Below, piece by piece: positions 1 through 11,662 of a stretch of 64,000 nt of DNA (within the stretch, counting starts at the first letter, position 1; each line of letters begins with the position of its first letter). The position numbers were made by a program, and so were the translations under genes. A model generated the notes under the pieces. The model made no database searches, was not told the origin of the DNA, and saw only the letters and a list, made by a program, of their open reading frames with translations. This DNA comes from Zygnema circumcarinatum SAG 698-1b (taxonomy: Eukaryota; Plantae; Zygnematophyceae). The stretch is from the NCBI GenBank assembly GCA_037447605.1, contig CM074810.1:744001-808000 (forward strand), given 5' to 3'.

Positions 1-703
1 CGCTCTCTTCAAACTCTCTCCTTCTCTGCACCTCCCGATACGCGTACCCTTCAACTTTATCCCCCTCGCCTTTCCAACCGTTCTCCTCGCGACACGTGTC
101 ACTACTTCCACCCCCCCCCACCTCCAAAAAATAGGAAAAAGAAGCAGCCATGTGCTGCATGCTCGCCGAGTAAGCTTTGCAAGACATGGTTTGCAACCCC
201 CCTATAAGAATTAGCTCATGATTTGCTGCTAAGAGCTCGAATCCATGGAGGGGGGTGTCCTCAAGAGCGCCATGCTCAAGAGGAGCGCGAGTAAGATAGG
301 GGAGATCACCTGCATAGAACCATTTTGATTCAGTTATACTGAGAGCCAACAGTTTCTGCTTCCCCATGGACTTCCCCACTATGTAGACCCACTCCTCCGA
401 CGTCCCGACCTCCTTCCTGAGGGAAGCGAGCTCCGCGCTGTCCATAGCTGCGCGCCATTTTCGGGCCACAGCGCGGAGGGGAGGGCGGGAGGAGCGAGGG
501 AGGAGAGAGAGCACGTGGAGGGCGAGATCGTGCGGGAGGGAGGGGAGGGGGGGCTCAGAGGGGGTGCATGGGCGGGGCATTGGGAAGAGAGAGAAAGAGA
601 GGGAGGGGGGACGACAGAGAGGGAGGGTCACGCACGCCCCCTTATAAATAGAGGGAGAGAGAGAGAGAGCGCGAGAGAAAGGAGAGAGTGGGCCGCGCAC
701 GCT

Positions 704-737
<34 letters not shown>

Positions 738-1434
738 TGAGAGGAAAAAGGCGGCGGGAGTTGACGGCCGGTTTTGGAGTTGGCGACGACATCGGGACGC
801 GGACACGCTGGCGCCGGTCTAGATTGTGCTGACGTGGACCAGCCAGAATCCAAGTCAAGATTCCACATGGCAGCGTCATTTGCAGTCTTAGACCCTACCA
901 ATCAGGTTACGCCACGTCATCCACAAGTTTAGATTCTGATTCTGATTGGACGGGGCTGCAAGATTTTTTGGTGGAGTTCCGTGATTGGTGGATTCAGATT
1001 GCGTTGACTTGTCGTCAGCGCTGACATGTTCTCTCTGTCGTCTTGCGCAGGCAATCCATGCAAGGGGAAAATGGTGCGCGTTTAGTCCCAGTTTCAGTTC
1101 CAGTCGTGACATGGAAACTGTTCAGCGGCATTTGTTGCAGGGGCTCTACCATGGGCCTCATGTCCATGCACTGTACAATGTTGCAAGGGCTGCATGAGGA
1201 GGAGAGGAGGGAAACAAAGCGATTGGACAAAACAAACGGCTCTTCTGCCAAGAATGTTGACATCCCCGAGCAGCAAACATGCCTCTCATAACTACGCTCT
1301 GCCTGCCTGTGTCTACAAACAGTTCATGAGCAAGCGGGATAATGGCATGCGTCAAAAACGTCCTTACAACATGGGGGGCATGCCTCCGATATGCGGAGCC
1401 CCAAGAACCCTAAAAAATACAAGCGAAAGATATA

Positions 1435-1520
1435 TGTATGCCTGCATGTATGTATGCCTGCATGTACGTATGCATGCATGTTGCATGCATGCATGTATGT
1501 ATGCATGTATGTGTGTATGT
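1435..1520. repeat. Degenerate (ATGC/ATGT)n microsatellite
   Basis: tgtatgcctgcatgtatgtatgcctgcatgtacgtatgcatgcatg..., just 3' of the stop of the minus-strand gene. Confidence 0.85.
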
Positions 1521-1549
1521 CGACTTCGTCTTCATGTACACCATCATCC

Positions 1550-4384
1550 TCACGCGATGCGCGTCTTGATCCCGAGTCGGTGCATTTGGATTCGCAGCGG
1601 CTGCTCGTCGATGGGGATTCGCCGCGGGAAGTCGAGTGTGGCCGCAGCGCGAATGTCGGTGTGCCTACCCACGCGCCACACGCGCTCGTCGAATTCGATC
1701 CCTGCGATGCGATCCGCGCACAACAGAAATCAAAAGTTAAACTAAACCAATTAAGAAAGTGGAATCGTTCCGAGGGTCCTAAGCTTTATGGGTTGTGCTT
1801 CTATCCATAGGAGAGAGGTGAAAGTTGAACACCTCCGGGGGTGAGGTGGATTCCGGTCCCAACGGGGTGAAAGAGGTTGATGAGGATACGTGCACCACTA
1901 TCGCCATCCCATATCCGCCCAAGTCTCACTAGGGGCACCCTGCAGAGAGTGAGACTCCATTCCATGAACCCAACAACAAGACATCCGAGAAGTCTGCCTG
2001 CAATGAGTTTTAGGGAAAAAAAACAAACGATTGTTGTGATCGAATATTAGCTGCAGCAGCCTGGAAACCAACAAACATACTTTGAAATTTGAAGGATTCG
2101 TTTTTTTTTGAAGTTTGACAAGCTGACCTGCAGCGCAGGTCCACCGACATGCTGGAGATGCCCAGCGCCCACTTCCCCTTTATCTCGATTTCCGGCAGAG
2201 GGAGAACGTGCAGGGACACGTTCTGTGTGCTCACTCTCAGTCGCGGTTGCAGCTCGCTCTGATCCATGTCGAAATTGGCCCCCACTGCAGGAGGGGAGAG
2301 AGAGGAGGAGAAAAGGAAGGAAATGGAGGGGAAAGGAGGGGGGGAGAAAGGAAATGGAGGGGGGATGGGGGAGGGGGGAAGGAAGGAAATGGAGGGGGGA
2401 NNNNNNNNNNGGGGGGGGGGGGGAAGGAAGGAAATGGAGGGCGGAGGGCGGGGGGGGGGGAAAGGAAATGGAGGGGTGAGAGGGAGGGAGAGAGGAAAGG
2501 GGAAGGAGAACGAAAGAAGGATAGGAAAGGTGTAGGATATGCTCTGTAATTGCATGATGAAGCCAAGGAATTTGACTACACGCACCTCCAAAGTTCAGCC
2601 CCAACGGCAGAGATGCCTTCCCCGTCTCCTTGTCCGGAAAGTCCCAAATCTGCGCCCAGTCATCACGTCACATCTTTCACATTTCCACAATTTGGGTGGG
2701 TCCATAAATGTAATCTTCTTGCAACCTTTGAATTCCCGCAGCCATTGGGTATAAGGAGAGATAACCCACATCTAACTCTTGTTAAGATTTTGATTCGATT
2801 GATAAGAACTCTGATTTCCTATGTTTTATAGAAAGTTGATTCCGAACCTGCATGAGTTTCAACCTCGCCCCTCTCCCCTTCAATGCAGGTAGAGCCGACC
2901 CTTCAAGCACATCCTCCCCTATCGTCCCGTCTGCAGCAGCCCCCCTGCTCAGCAAATTCGGAGAAACTGACCGGGGCTGCCTGTAATATGCCCCTGCATA
3001 GCCCTCCAGAACCAACTATCTACTTTTTACAATCTATGAACGGTCTTAAAACAGTGCAGCTCTTAAAAACTCTTGCAAGGACATTGAAAACACTTCACAT
3101 GCATGCGAGGAATTACTCCGTTAGATTTAAACTGAACGGATTGACATAAACTTGCCTGAGGGGGGTCCATTCTGCGCTCCCCTTTGAAGCTCATCTCTCT
3201 CTCCCTTGCTGCTAGTGAAGATGGGTCCTTTGCGGCGATGAGGTCTGAGGAGGTCCACTCTCGCGACTGTGTGAGAAGTGCGAAGCACTGAGCGAGCAGC
3301 TTTCCCAAAAACGCTCAAAATGTACTCTCCCACAGTTCGTTGAGAGGGGTAGGCTCTGTTCCTTGCAGGCAGACCACCCTGCCATATATCAGCATCAAGA
3401 AAGGGTCTGCCCTACAACGCTCAGCACTAATGCTTTAATCCGAAGAGTAGTAAGCTTTGACAGTGATGAAGCAAGGACAGCAGCAATGCAATGTAGAGGG
3501 GGTTGGTTTAAGAAGTCGAGTGAATGTATGGTTCAAGAATGAGCTAGAAAAGGAAGGAAGATCGTACCCTTCTATGGAATCGCTGGGAAAGGACTCGCCG
3601 GACTGCCGACTTCTATCATACGACGAGGGGTCCAAGGTACTGCGATACATTTCGAGCCATAAGACTGCAGTTTAGCGTTTAAAAAGGAAATGAAGTGAAT
3701 CCGAAAAAATAAGCTTCAAGTTTTGAGGAAATTTCTTTCTCCTTGGACGACAGGTTGGACGCTTTCAGCACTATCTCGAATGCATGAAAGCATTGGGAAA
3801 CTTGAATTTAAGGCGTATAAGGAGAAAGGTGGAATTTTGATAACATCCTTTCGTAACTTGCACACGGCAAAAAAAAAAGTTTACTACGTAAGGTGATTAT
3901 TTTACAGCGTGGATCATGATCAGGATTTTAAAAACACGAACTAAAAACAGCTCTGAAAATTGTAAAAGGAAAAACTCAAAAAGGCGCAGCCATTCAATTC
4001 TTCAGTGAGGCGAGTTTGACACTCTTGACTAGTGGAGTTAGCCATAAAACGCATAAAAATGTCGGCTCCGTCTGAGCGAACATCTAACATCCAATCAGAG
4101 ACTTTGTAACAAGAAATTCAAAAGAACCGCAAAGCTAATCACTCCCATATGATACGGTTTCATTGATTCGTTCATTTGGTTCTAAAATATAGACACTCGA
4201 ATTCAATCTTAAAAAGCAGGAGAGCGGCTCTGCCGGAGCTCACTGCACGTGCGCAAGAGTGTTCAATGCTGCAAAAATCGCAGAAATTTACAGACCGCCA
4301 AACAGGGAACACGTACTGGTCTGCCTGCAGAGGTGCTGACGGCGCCGAGGGCTCGTATCCCCCCTGGTACACAGAGGATGCCAT
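1550..4384 (-). CDS. Multi-exon hypothetical protein with a C-terminal domain of amphipathic beta-strands; 5' exons tentative
   Basis: Six exons join in frame with consistent intron phases: 3266-3156, 3015-2848, 2649-2586, 2284-2128, 1939-1833, 1701-1550 (stop TGA). Product ...RLKLMQ|IWDFPDKETGKASLPLGLNFG|VGANFDMDQSELQPRLRVSTQ...SVDLRCR|VPLVRLGRIWDG...GIHLTPG|GIEFDERVWRVGRHTDIRAAATLDFPRRIPIDEQPLRIQMHRLGIKTRIA*. The intron at 3155-3016 is GC-AG (AG|GCAAGT). Probable ATG at 4384 (MASSVYQGG); its link to the rest is unresolved. Confidence 0.72.
2401..2410. other. Assembly gap (10 N) in a polypurine tract; equivalent gaps at 10280-10289 and 32955-32964
   Basis: Runs of N flanked by G-rich or C-rich low-complexity sequence. 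Confidence 0.99.
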
Positions 4385-5443
4385 TGGGGGAGAGAGAGAG
4401 AGGGGGGGAGGGAGGGAGAGGGAGTGGGAGGGAGGGAGGGAGTGAGAGACGGAGGGAGCGGAGATAAGAGGGACCGAAACTGGCGAGTGGATAGGACAAC
4501 GCTGGCGTTTCCATGTACACAGTTCGCGTAGTTGATTCGGGCAAACGCTAATGGACGTCGTTTTTTGGCTCCTTCACAGTTACAGTTTTGGGACTCGCAA
4601 GTTGGCTAGAAATGGGGTCTCATGCTCTAAGTCTTGTCGGGCGAGGGATGGCCATGTTCATGTGGTAGGGGTAATAGACGAGAGAGGGCTCGCTCACAGA
4701 TAATGTACAATGTGTGAAGGAGAAAGATGACAAATAAACATGGAGAGTGAATTGGTATTGATCTCGCAACGGCGATGTTTTCAAATGTGCATGGACGGTC
4801 TACAACAAATACATGGAACTAATGTGAACCGGCCACTTGCAAATGACCTATGAATGAAAGAATCAGACTTCTAGCTTTTAGGCCTAACACAAGGGATCAA
4901 CTACACGTTGGAACGTCTGTTTTTTCGATTTTTTTGTTTGAAGGCCTTCTGTTGGCCAATGAAACAAATGAAGTTTTCACCCTTTCCAGAAACGAATGAT
5001 TTCATTCACAGGGACGTCACGACTACCAGCTTCATACGTCTATGGCTGCTGCACTGCCCCTGTCCTGTACACAGTAACTCGACCTACGAGAGAGAGGCAT
5101 ATATATACGAATGAGGTGTCGGTCTACATCTCATCTTAACTATGACATAATTCTCGAAACATCTATCAATCAATTGAATTAAATCAATCTATCTGACTAA
5201 GTTTTGCAGGCCACGTGGGCCTTCACTCAGAGACACCTGCACACCAGTAGATAAAAACTTTGCTGACTTGTACGCATCTTTCCCCCCTTTTCTGACCACA
5301 CGATTCCAGGACCCACTTCCCCAACCGCCAGATCCCTATCTACTTAAACTTCAGAATGGTCAAAAAATCATGATGTGTTGTTGACCCCCCTTTCCACAGC
5401 TCATATCTTCACTTCTCTGAGACTCTAAGCCAAGACTATTTCT

Positions 5444-7117
5444 TCAGACCCTGCCTCTGGGGGGCACTCTCCTCCCATAAGTATTCCTCTCTGTAGCGAC
5501 AACGCCGCCGTTCCCACCCTCTCGTCTCATAAGACCATGAAAGTCCTCCTCTCCAACAGTCCTCGATCTTTGAATTCGACTTTTCCTATATTCAAGGCTT
5601 CCATGAACACTCTCCCCCTCCCTCTCCTGAGCCAACCTCGACCCATCCATTACCGGTGCTACTCTCCCCCCTCTCCCTGCATGCCCTCTCCGCCCAAGTC
5701 TTCCTCTCGCCTCAACACTCGACTTCCCATCGCTCCCATTCCCCATCTTTCCTCTCTCCACGAACCCCTTCGTGCCCAAATTTTGAAGGCCCGAAGGCTC
5801 CGACCTTGAAAGGGGGAGTACTTTAGAGTGGGGTCCCCCCCCCCTCCCCTCCTCTCCCGAGCTGCTTACCTGCTGCTTGGCATCCGTCCAATCGGGATAT
5901 GCCCCGACGAGATGAAGGATTGAATCAGAGGAAGTTCGAACCAAGGGAGACCCTTGCTGCCTCTCTGTTTGCTGCCTCTCGTTTTGCTGCCCAGAAAGGG
6001 AATCCGTATGCATGGGAAGGCCATTCATTCTGTGAATCGGAGAGAACTGCTCATAGCCGGCTCTGAGATGATCTGACAAGTATTGCCGCGCTAGTGGACC
6101 CATCGGAGCAAAATTTGTAAACGGAGAGTTTGCAGACTCTCCACTAAAGAAGCGGCTCGAATCCGTTGACTGCGTTCTGCGCAAACCCTCCGGAAATTTC
6201 TTGTTTCTATGTGACGCCTTCTTAACGATGAGGGGGGTGCTATTGAGAGGAGAAGATGACTGGCCATTCGCTGGAGACGGAAGCATGGGCTCTTTTGAAA
6301 TGCCACGTGGTAGTCCCTTCCCGAGAGGTGGCAAAGCGGCAGCCATGGCGGGCGGACATGGCTGCTCCTCAAACCTAGCACCTTGCTGCCTGCCACCCCC
6401 TCCATTTTGGGCCACATCACTAAGCTCATTTGTAGCCATCATCGAATGTGCTCGGACAATGTCGTTCACATTGTTCCTAAATGGTGTATGAAGCTCCTCC
6501 GTCCGACCCGTCTCCTCCTTCCGCCCGCCATGGCCATGGCCATGGCCATGGCTGCCTGTTTCTGGGAGGCCCAGCGAGGACAAGCTCCCAATGAGCCCCC
6601 GCGCTCGCAGAGACTTCCAAATCGCCTCCATGTCCGCCGGCAGACCGTCTCTATGTGCGGCCACGACAGCCTCCGTTACGTTTTCCGTAGACGGCTCTGT
6701 CGGATCTCCTTCCCCTCCAGCTCCCTCTCCCTCCCTTTCACTCTCCTCTCTCTCCCCTCCTATCTCTCTCTCTCCTCCTATCTCTCTCTCTCCTCCTATC
6801 TCTCTCTCTCCCTCTATCTCTTCCCCTATCACTTTCGCACTGCCACTCTCTCTCTTTCGAAAGAGCGCGAGCCTTCTCCGAAATTTCGATAAGTCAAAGA
6901 ATTCCTGAACGCGTCGTCCATACGAAGCTGGCTCTGAAATATTCTCCACGTGCTGCCGAGGAGGAGGAGGGCCGCCATGGCCGCCATGGCTGCTGCATCC
7001 TCTGCTTCGCCATCGCCATCCCTCTCTCTCCATCCTCCCTCTCTCCCACTCTACTTCCCCCCCTCCCTTCCCTTTCTGCTGATACAAATCCTCCCTCCTC
7101 TCCCCCTCCAAGGCCAT
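5444..7117 (-). CDS. Orphan low-complexity, probably disordered protein A (557 aa from the first plausible ATG) carrying the FDLSKFRRRLA motif
   Basis: 1.67-kb open frame, ATG in GGCCATGG context, CT-rich leader. Motif shared with the ORFs at 24120 and 33019. A strong donor (CAG|GTAAGC) near 5867 means the 3' end may be spliced differently. Confidence 0.65.
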   Translation of the reverse strand: MALEGERREDLYQQKGKGGGEVEWERGRMEREGWRWRSRGCSSHGGHGGPPPPRQHVENISEPASYGRRVQEFFDLSKFRRRLALFRKRESGSAKVIGEEIEGEREIGGEREIGGEREIGGEREESEREGEGAGGEGDPTEPSTENVTEAVVAAHRDGLPADMEAIWKSLRARGLIGSLSSLGLPETGSHGHGHGHGGRKEETGRTEELHTPFRNNVNDIVRAHSMMATNELSDVAQNGGGGRQQGARFEEQPCPPAMAAALPPLGKGLPRGISKEPMLPSPANGQSSSPLNSTPLIVKKASHRNKKFPEGLRRTQSTDSSRFFSGESANSPFTNFAPMGPLARQYLSDHLRAGYEQFSPIHRMNGLPMHTDSLSGQQNERQQTERQQGSPLVRTSSDSILHLVGAYPDWTDAKQQVSSSGEEGRGGGPHSKVLPLSRSEPSGLQNLGTKGFVERGKMGNGSDGKSSVEARGRLGRRGHAGRGGRVAPVMDGSRLAQEREGESVHGSLEYRKSRIQRSRTVGEEDFHGLMRREGGNGGVVATERNTYGRRVPPRGRV

Positions 7118-8310
7118 GGCCGACTTGAGCTTTCGTGAATGCGGGTTTTGGGAGCGTGAGAGAGACGGAATGGAATAAAATGGGAGAGGGTGAGAGAGAG
7201 CGAGGGAGAGAGAGGGAGAGTGGGAGAGAGGGAGAGAGAGTGAGAGAGAGAAGGAGAGACAGAGGGAGAGAGAGAGTGTTAGAGAGAGAGGGAGAGAGAG
7301 AAGGAGAGACACAAAGGGAGAGAGAGATTGAGAGAGAGGGAGAGGGAGGGGGAGAGGGAGAGGGAGAGGGAGGGGGAGAGGGAGAGGGAGAGGGAGAGGG
7401 GGAGAGAGAAAGAGAGAGCGGGTGGCGGTCCGGTCGATTGGAGCTTCGGACCTTTTGAGAGGAAGTCCGCCGGCGGATGTCGAGCGTGCTCCTAGCGGTT
7501 TAACGGCACAGAATGCCTACGTGGCGGCCTGCAATTGGCGCTTCGGGGAGGGACCGGGAAACGCGGAGATGGCGCAGCGTGGCGACCGCCAGATGGATCT
7601 CCTGATTCTGTCGCCGTCCGTACGTTCGTTGATGTCGAGGCCGCGCGCGACACACGGATTTTGGCCGTTGCGGAAAAAGCGGACAAAATGAAAATGATGA
7701 ACTGAATTTGATGTGGATTCACGAATCAAAAGGCGCCACGTTGGAATGAATTGTCGGTAGGTTGAAGATAAAGATCAGAAAGTCCAAACAATAATGTCGG
7801 CACCGACATCCTGGTTAAGAAAACTGGTCGGTGCCCAGGTTCAGACAAAATCAAGACGAGATCTCATTGGCTGGATTGAAGGTCTGCAGTCCATCTTCTT
7901 CCAGCTGGCGGCATCTGGTTGGACAGATCTGCTTAGCCAGCATGTGCCCGTACAGCCGTTGGATATGTCGCCCAACCACCTCGACTCGTTTGGCGGTTTG
8001 TGGGTCACCAGGCTGGCACAGGTGCGGCTGCTCAACCGTCACCGGAACCCTAGATTGTTTTTATTACGTGGTCCCATCGCAGCCGTCCGTGTGCTCATCG
8101 GACGGTTGAGATCATATCCGGACAGTAACTGCCCGGCGTTTCGCGTGAGGAACACGGACACGACAGGTGACGTCATCCACGGTAAAGACGGATCCGTACC
8201 GCCGGTCAATTTCCAATATGTCCTCAGCGCCCGTACCGGATATCGGGAGGGTATCGATACCGCGATACATCCCAATGCCATGCGGGTTCAGTTAACGATG
8301 CAGCGAATAG

Positions 8311-8393
8311 GGTCATGACCATTGTCTGACTTCTCTTGACCAGGTCATGACCCATTGTCGTGACCAGATCGGTCAAGACAGATGGGTCATGAC
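8311..8393. repeat. Three copies of the palindrome GGTCATGAC(C)
   Basis: ggtcatgacc at 8311-8320 and 8343-8352; ggtcatgac at 8385-8393. Confidence 0.7.
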
Positions 8394-9121
8394 TAGTGCT
8401 CCGTACTATACACCTTGAGGTTCCTCGTCATGCTTTTGTCCATGTACATTTGATGTACATTTCCTCGCCATCGTGAGTTCAATACCATTTTCTCTCGCTT
8501 GAGGTTCGATACAGTGTACAATACCGTATTAATCATATAGTATTATACACTAAAATACTCAGGTGCTAGTGTTGGGATCCGTACAATCGGACATAGAGGT
8601 CGTACGGTAATTCTATACAGTAAGGGATCCTCATATTTTCGCCATGGTTTTGGCAAATATGGGGCGAAAATTTTGATTTTGCAAATAGAAGGTTCGTGTT
8701 ACAAATAGGCGGGCGGTATTATGTTAGAGTTCATGTATCACCGTACGTATCGTACCGTGACGTATCGTACCGCATCTTACCATATCGGACAGTATCGTAT
8801 CGTACCGTGCCATGTCGAAGCCAAGAAGAAGAGAGGAGCGAGCGCCTCTTACGGCGGCACGTGCGGGAAGATTCGGTGAGTCTTGCTTAAGCCCGTAACG
8901 GCTAGTACAGCAAGTACGGATAATACGGCTGGTACGGCTGGTACGGCAAAACTACGACTGGTGAAGTACAGATAGTACGAATAGTACGGCTAACGCAGAG
9001 TTACCGTACAAAAAAGTGGTTTCGGCAAAATCAGGGCGAATTTCTTGGGGACTGTAGCGTAGTGGAGCTGCGCTCGACGGATCCGCGTCAGTTCAGTTGT
9101 ACTTGACATATGCCTCTTCAG

Positions 9122-10060
9122 TGTCACGGACCGGCATAATCCAGGAGCTGCCGACGGAGAATGCGAGAAGGCGGCGCCATGTGTTGGCGGCCCACGGAAC
9201 AGCACACCATCCAGCAAGGCGCACTCGGAAGCGCCGCATAATGCCGCCGATTGTCATTTGTTGACCTATCAGAAGGCTCCACGTAGTCAGTCAGGCCTCT
9301 CAGTGGGCAGTTGGCCAATCAGAGACTGTCACTGCTAAGACTCAGGATCTACTGTCAGTGATAGGTAGATGGGATGTCAGTGATGCTAGTTTGTCTTTTA
9401 GTGCTGGGCTTAGTATTTGTATTTGCTGTGTGGTTTGTTGTCTTGTTCTTCTTTTCTTCCTCTCAAGCTCCAGCAACAGATGCTAGTTAGAGAGAGAAAG
9501 AGTTCCACTGCAAAGAGAGAGAGAGAGAGTCTTCTTGCTGATAGCATTTAGACATCCCATTCAGCCCAGCCAGACAAGCATTTCAGTGAGAAGACACTTT
9601 TATTGCAATGACAATCCCCAGCCAACCGCTGGCTGGGGTGAGTTTCCAAAACACAACCTTTATCTAAGCTGAGTCCTATTTTCCCTTTGCTGTCACTATG
9701 CCAAGCTACCATCTTGTGATATACTGTCTTACACTCCTCCCAATGACCGATGATAACTAGAAGTCTAGCGAAGAGAATAGCCGAAGAGAGGACAGGGGAA
9801 GAGAGCCCCCAAGGAAGGGCTCTTTGCGCATCGAGTCCAGCCGCCGGTGGGAACATCTTCAGGATCCCTACGTCTTCCGCTGCGCGTACCTCTGAATCCC
9901 CCGGATCCTGGCTCTATGCTGCAGGCAGACCCACAGCACCAACCCAACCCTTGATAAGTTTCAGCACGGACGCGCGAGTGGCCGTACAGCACCTGCAACT
10001 AGCTCAGCAGTCTCCCCTTAACCCCACTTATCTTGTGCTACAGGACGCACTGTACAGGGT
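9122..10060 (+). mobile_element. Probable 5' fragment of an LTR retrotransposon (LTR about 9122-9546, PBS-like site, gag-like start)
   Basis: TGTCACG...TAGCA boundaries and a CCAAT box at 9315. 9551-9560 is complementary to 9369-9378 inside the LTR. The downstream ORF begins MITRSLAKRIAEE (9750). No pol domain or second LTR seen. Confidence 0.4.
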
Positions 10061-10147
10061 GGAAAATGGGTAACTCTACTGCACCCCCGCGTTTTGTCTT
10101 TCGCACCCCCCATTTGAAAATTTTGCCTGCCCGTTTTGGTTCCCCCC

Positions 10148-10709
10148 AGTTTTGAATATTTCGGGAAAAAATCTTTTTCCCGCCCCTCCCGTCCCCTCCG
10201 CTCCCCCCCTCCCCTGCCCTCTCCTCCCCTCCCCTCCCCTCCCCTCCGCTCCCCTCCCTTGCCCTGTCCTCCCCGGCCCNNNNNNNNNNCTTCCCTCCCC
10301 TCCCCTCCCCTCCTCGTTTTCTGGACATTCCACCCCCCTCGTTTTCTCCTTTTCACTATTGACTTCCAACAATGTGCGAAAAGCGCAAAAGCGCAGCCTT
10401 AAACGCAGTTGCAAAGGTCACCAATGTTGGGCAGTTACTCTCTGTTTTCAGGTTTAGGATGCCGATCTTGATGTGAACTCCTTCGTGCTTGTAGTGCTCG
10501 GTGATGACTTGTACGAGCTCATCGCGGGTCTCATACTCAGTTGGTAGCATTTTTATGGACATTGCAAACCGAGAAGAGGAGAGACGAGGAGGGGAGGGGA
10601 GGGGAGGGGAGCGGGCGGGAGGGGAGGCCCGAGGAGGACAGGGCAAGGGAGGGGAGGGGAGGGGAGGGGAGGGGCGGGAAAAAGATTTTTTCCCGAAATA
10701 TTCAAAACT
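10148..10709. mobile_element. Fold-back element with long (GGGGA)-rich inverted arms enclosing a short MULE/FAR1-like peptide
   Basis: Perfect 43-bp inverted match 10148-10190 / 10667-10709, plus a 16-bp match 10256-10271 / 10634-10649. The internal minus-strand peptide MLPTEYETRDELVQVITEHYKHEGVHIKI resembles Mutator transposase N-termini (by eye). Confidence 0.55.
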
Positions 10710-11662
10710 TGGTAGCAAGTCATAGCATACATTTCCGTGCAGAAATTTGCGCGGGAGCCTGCACGTCAACATTGAGCAGTGCTAATGGCAGGGTCAGCAT
10801 GACGAAGGTTTTCTCACTGCATTCTTTGGACGAGACTTAGTGGGCGGTCCTGAACCCTTCTCATTCCCGTGAGAGGCGACTCCCCACTGTAAGCAGGAGC
10901 AGTAGAGCAGGAGAAGGAGGAGAGCCTGCAGCATGAGAGCCTGCTCTCACCTGCTCCTCCTTCAAGCAAAGCATCATGCCCACTCTCCCTATCACCGCTT
11001 CTAGAACCATCGGAGAAAGAGCTCGAGGTGGATGATTTGCTGGAGCCGCTGAATAAAGAATTGCAAACAGCCGAGTATATTCAGCATAGCGCTGCGTTCG
11101 ATAAAAGAATACTTTTGGACGTTCAAGAGAATCATCCAGCAAAAGGTGTTTGCAGGTTGAAACGAGGGACCGGAAAGCAGTGCACTCACCTTTCTTTCGG
11201 AGAGGCTTTGTTTTCTGGAAGAGCGTTATCAAGGCACTTTTCACTTTTTGTATAAGCGTGGCTCCATGCCTGGAAGAGATTCCTTATTGCATGTTAGTTC
11301 CCGTACGAAAATTACTGTCACGTATCTTGAATCCTGTTTTCTTTTTTTTTTTTTTTCGCTTGCCACTGACCGTCCGAGGCGGCACTGCCTTCTGTCCTAC
11401 GTGGCAAGCGCTGGCGAACAACAAAGGGATGGGATGGCAATCAGAACGCAGAACGAAAAAGAAGTGGCATAAAGTGGCCTCACGCATGGCGATGATGCCA
11501 TCAAATGTACATGGACAACATCAGCATCATGGAGAACCACGAGGAACTGGTCGCAAAGGAAGAAGGGCGTGTTGTAGAATTCATGGATGGATGGAATCAA
11601 GCTCGAGCTGCCGCGCCAATGTTGGCGGTCCACGTGGTCAAACCCTCAACATTGGTCTGAAC

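Noticed and set aside
1-1400. Short ORFs and a TATA-like element (about 644) around the GA-rich tract
   Set aside because: No consistent exon chain or recognisable product on either strand; a gene may be truncated by the window edge
2010-2604. Pro/Ser/Leu-rich and Gly/Glu/Arg-rich ORFs here and at 7.1-7.5, 10.0-10.8, 15.5-16.0, 32.6-33.0, 34.3-34.8, 41.4-42.1 and 51.3-51.8 kb
   Set aside because: Translations of GA/CT polypurine tracts in introns and leaders
7794-8318. 174-aa ORF MSAPTSWLRK
   Set aside because: No recognisable motif, and it lies in a repeat-rich intergenic zone
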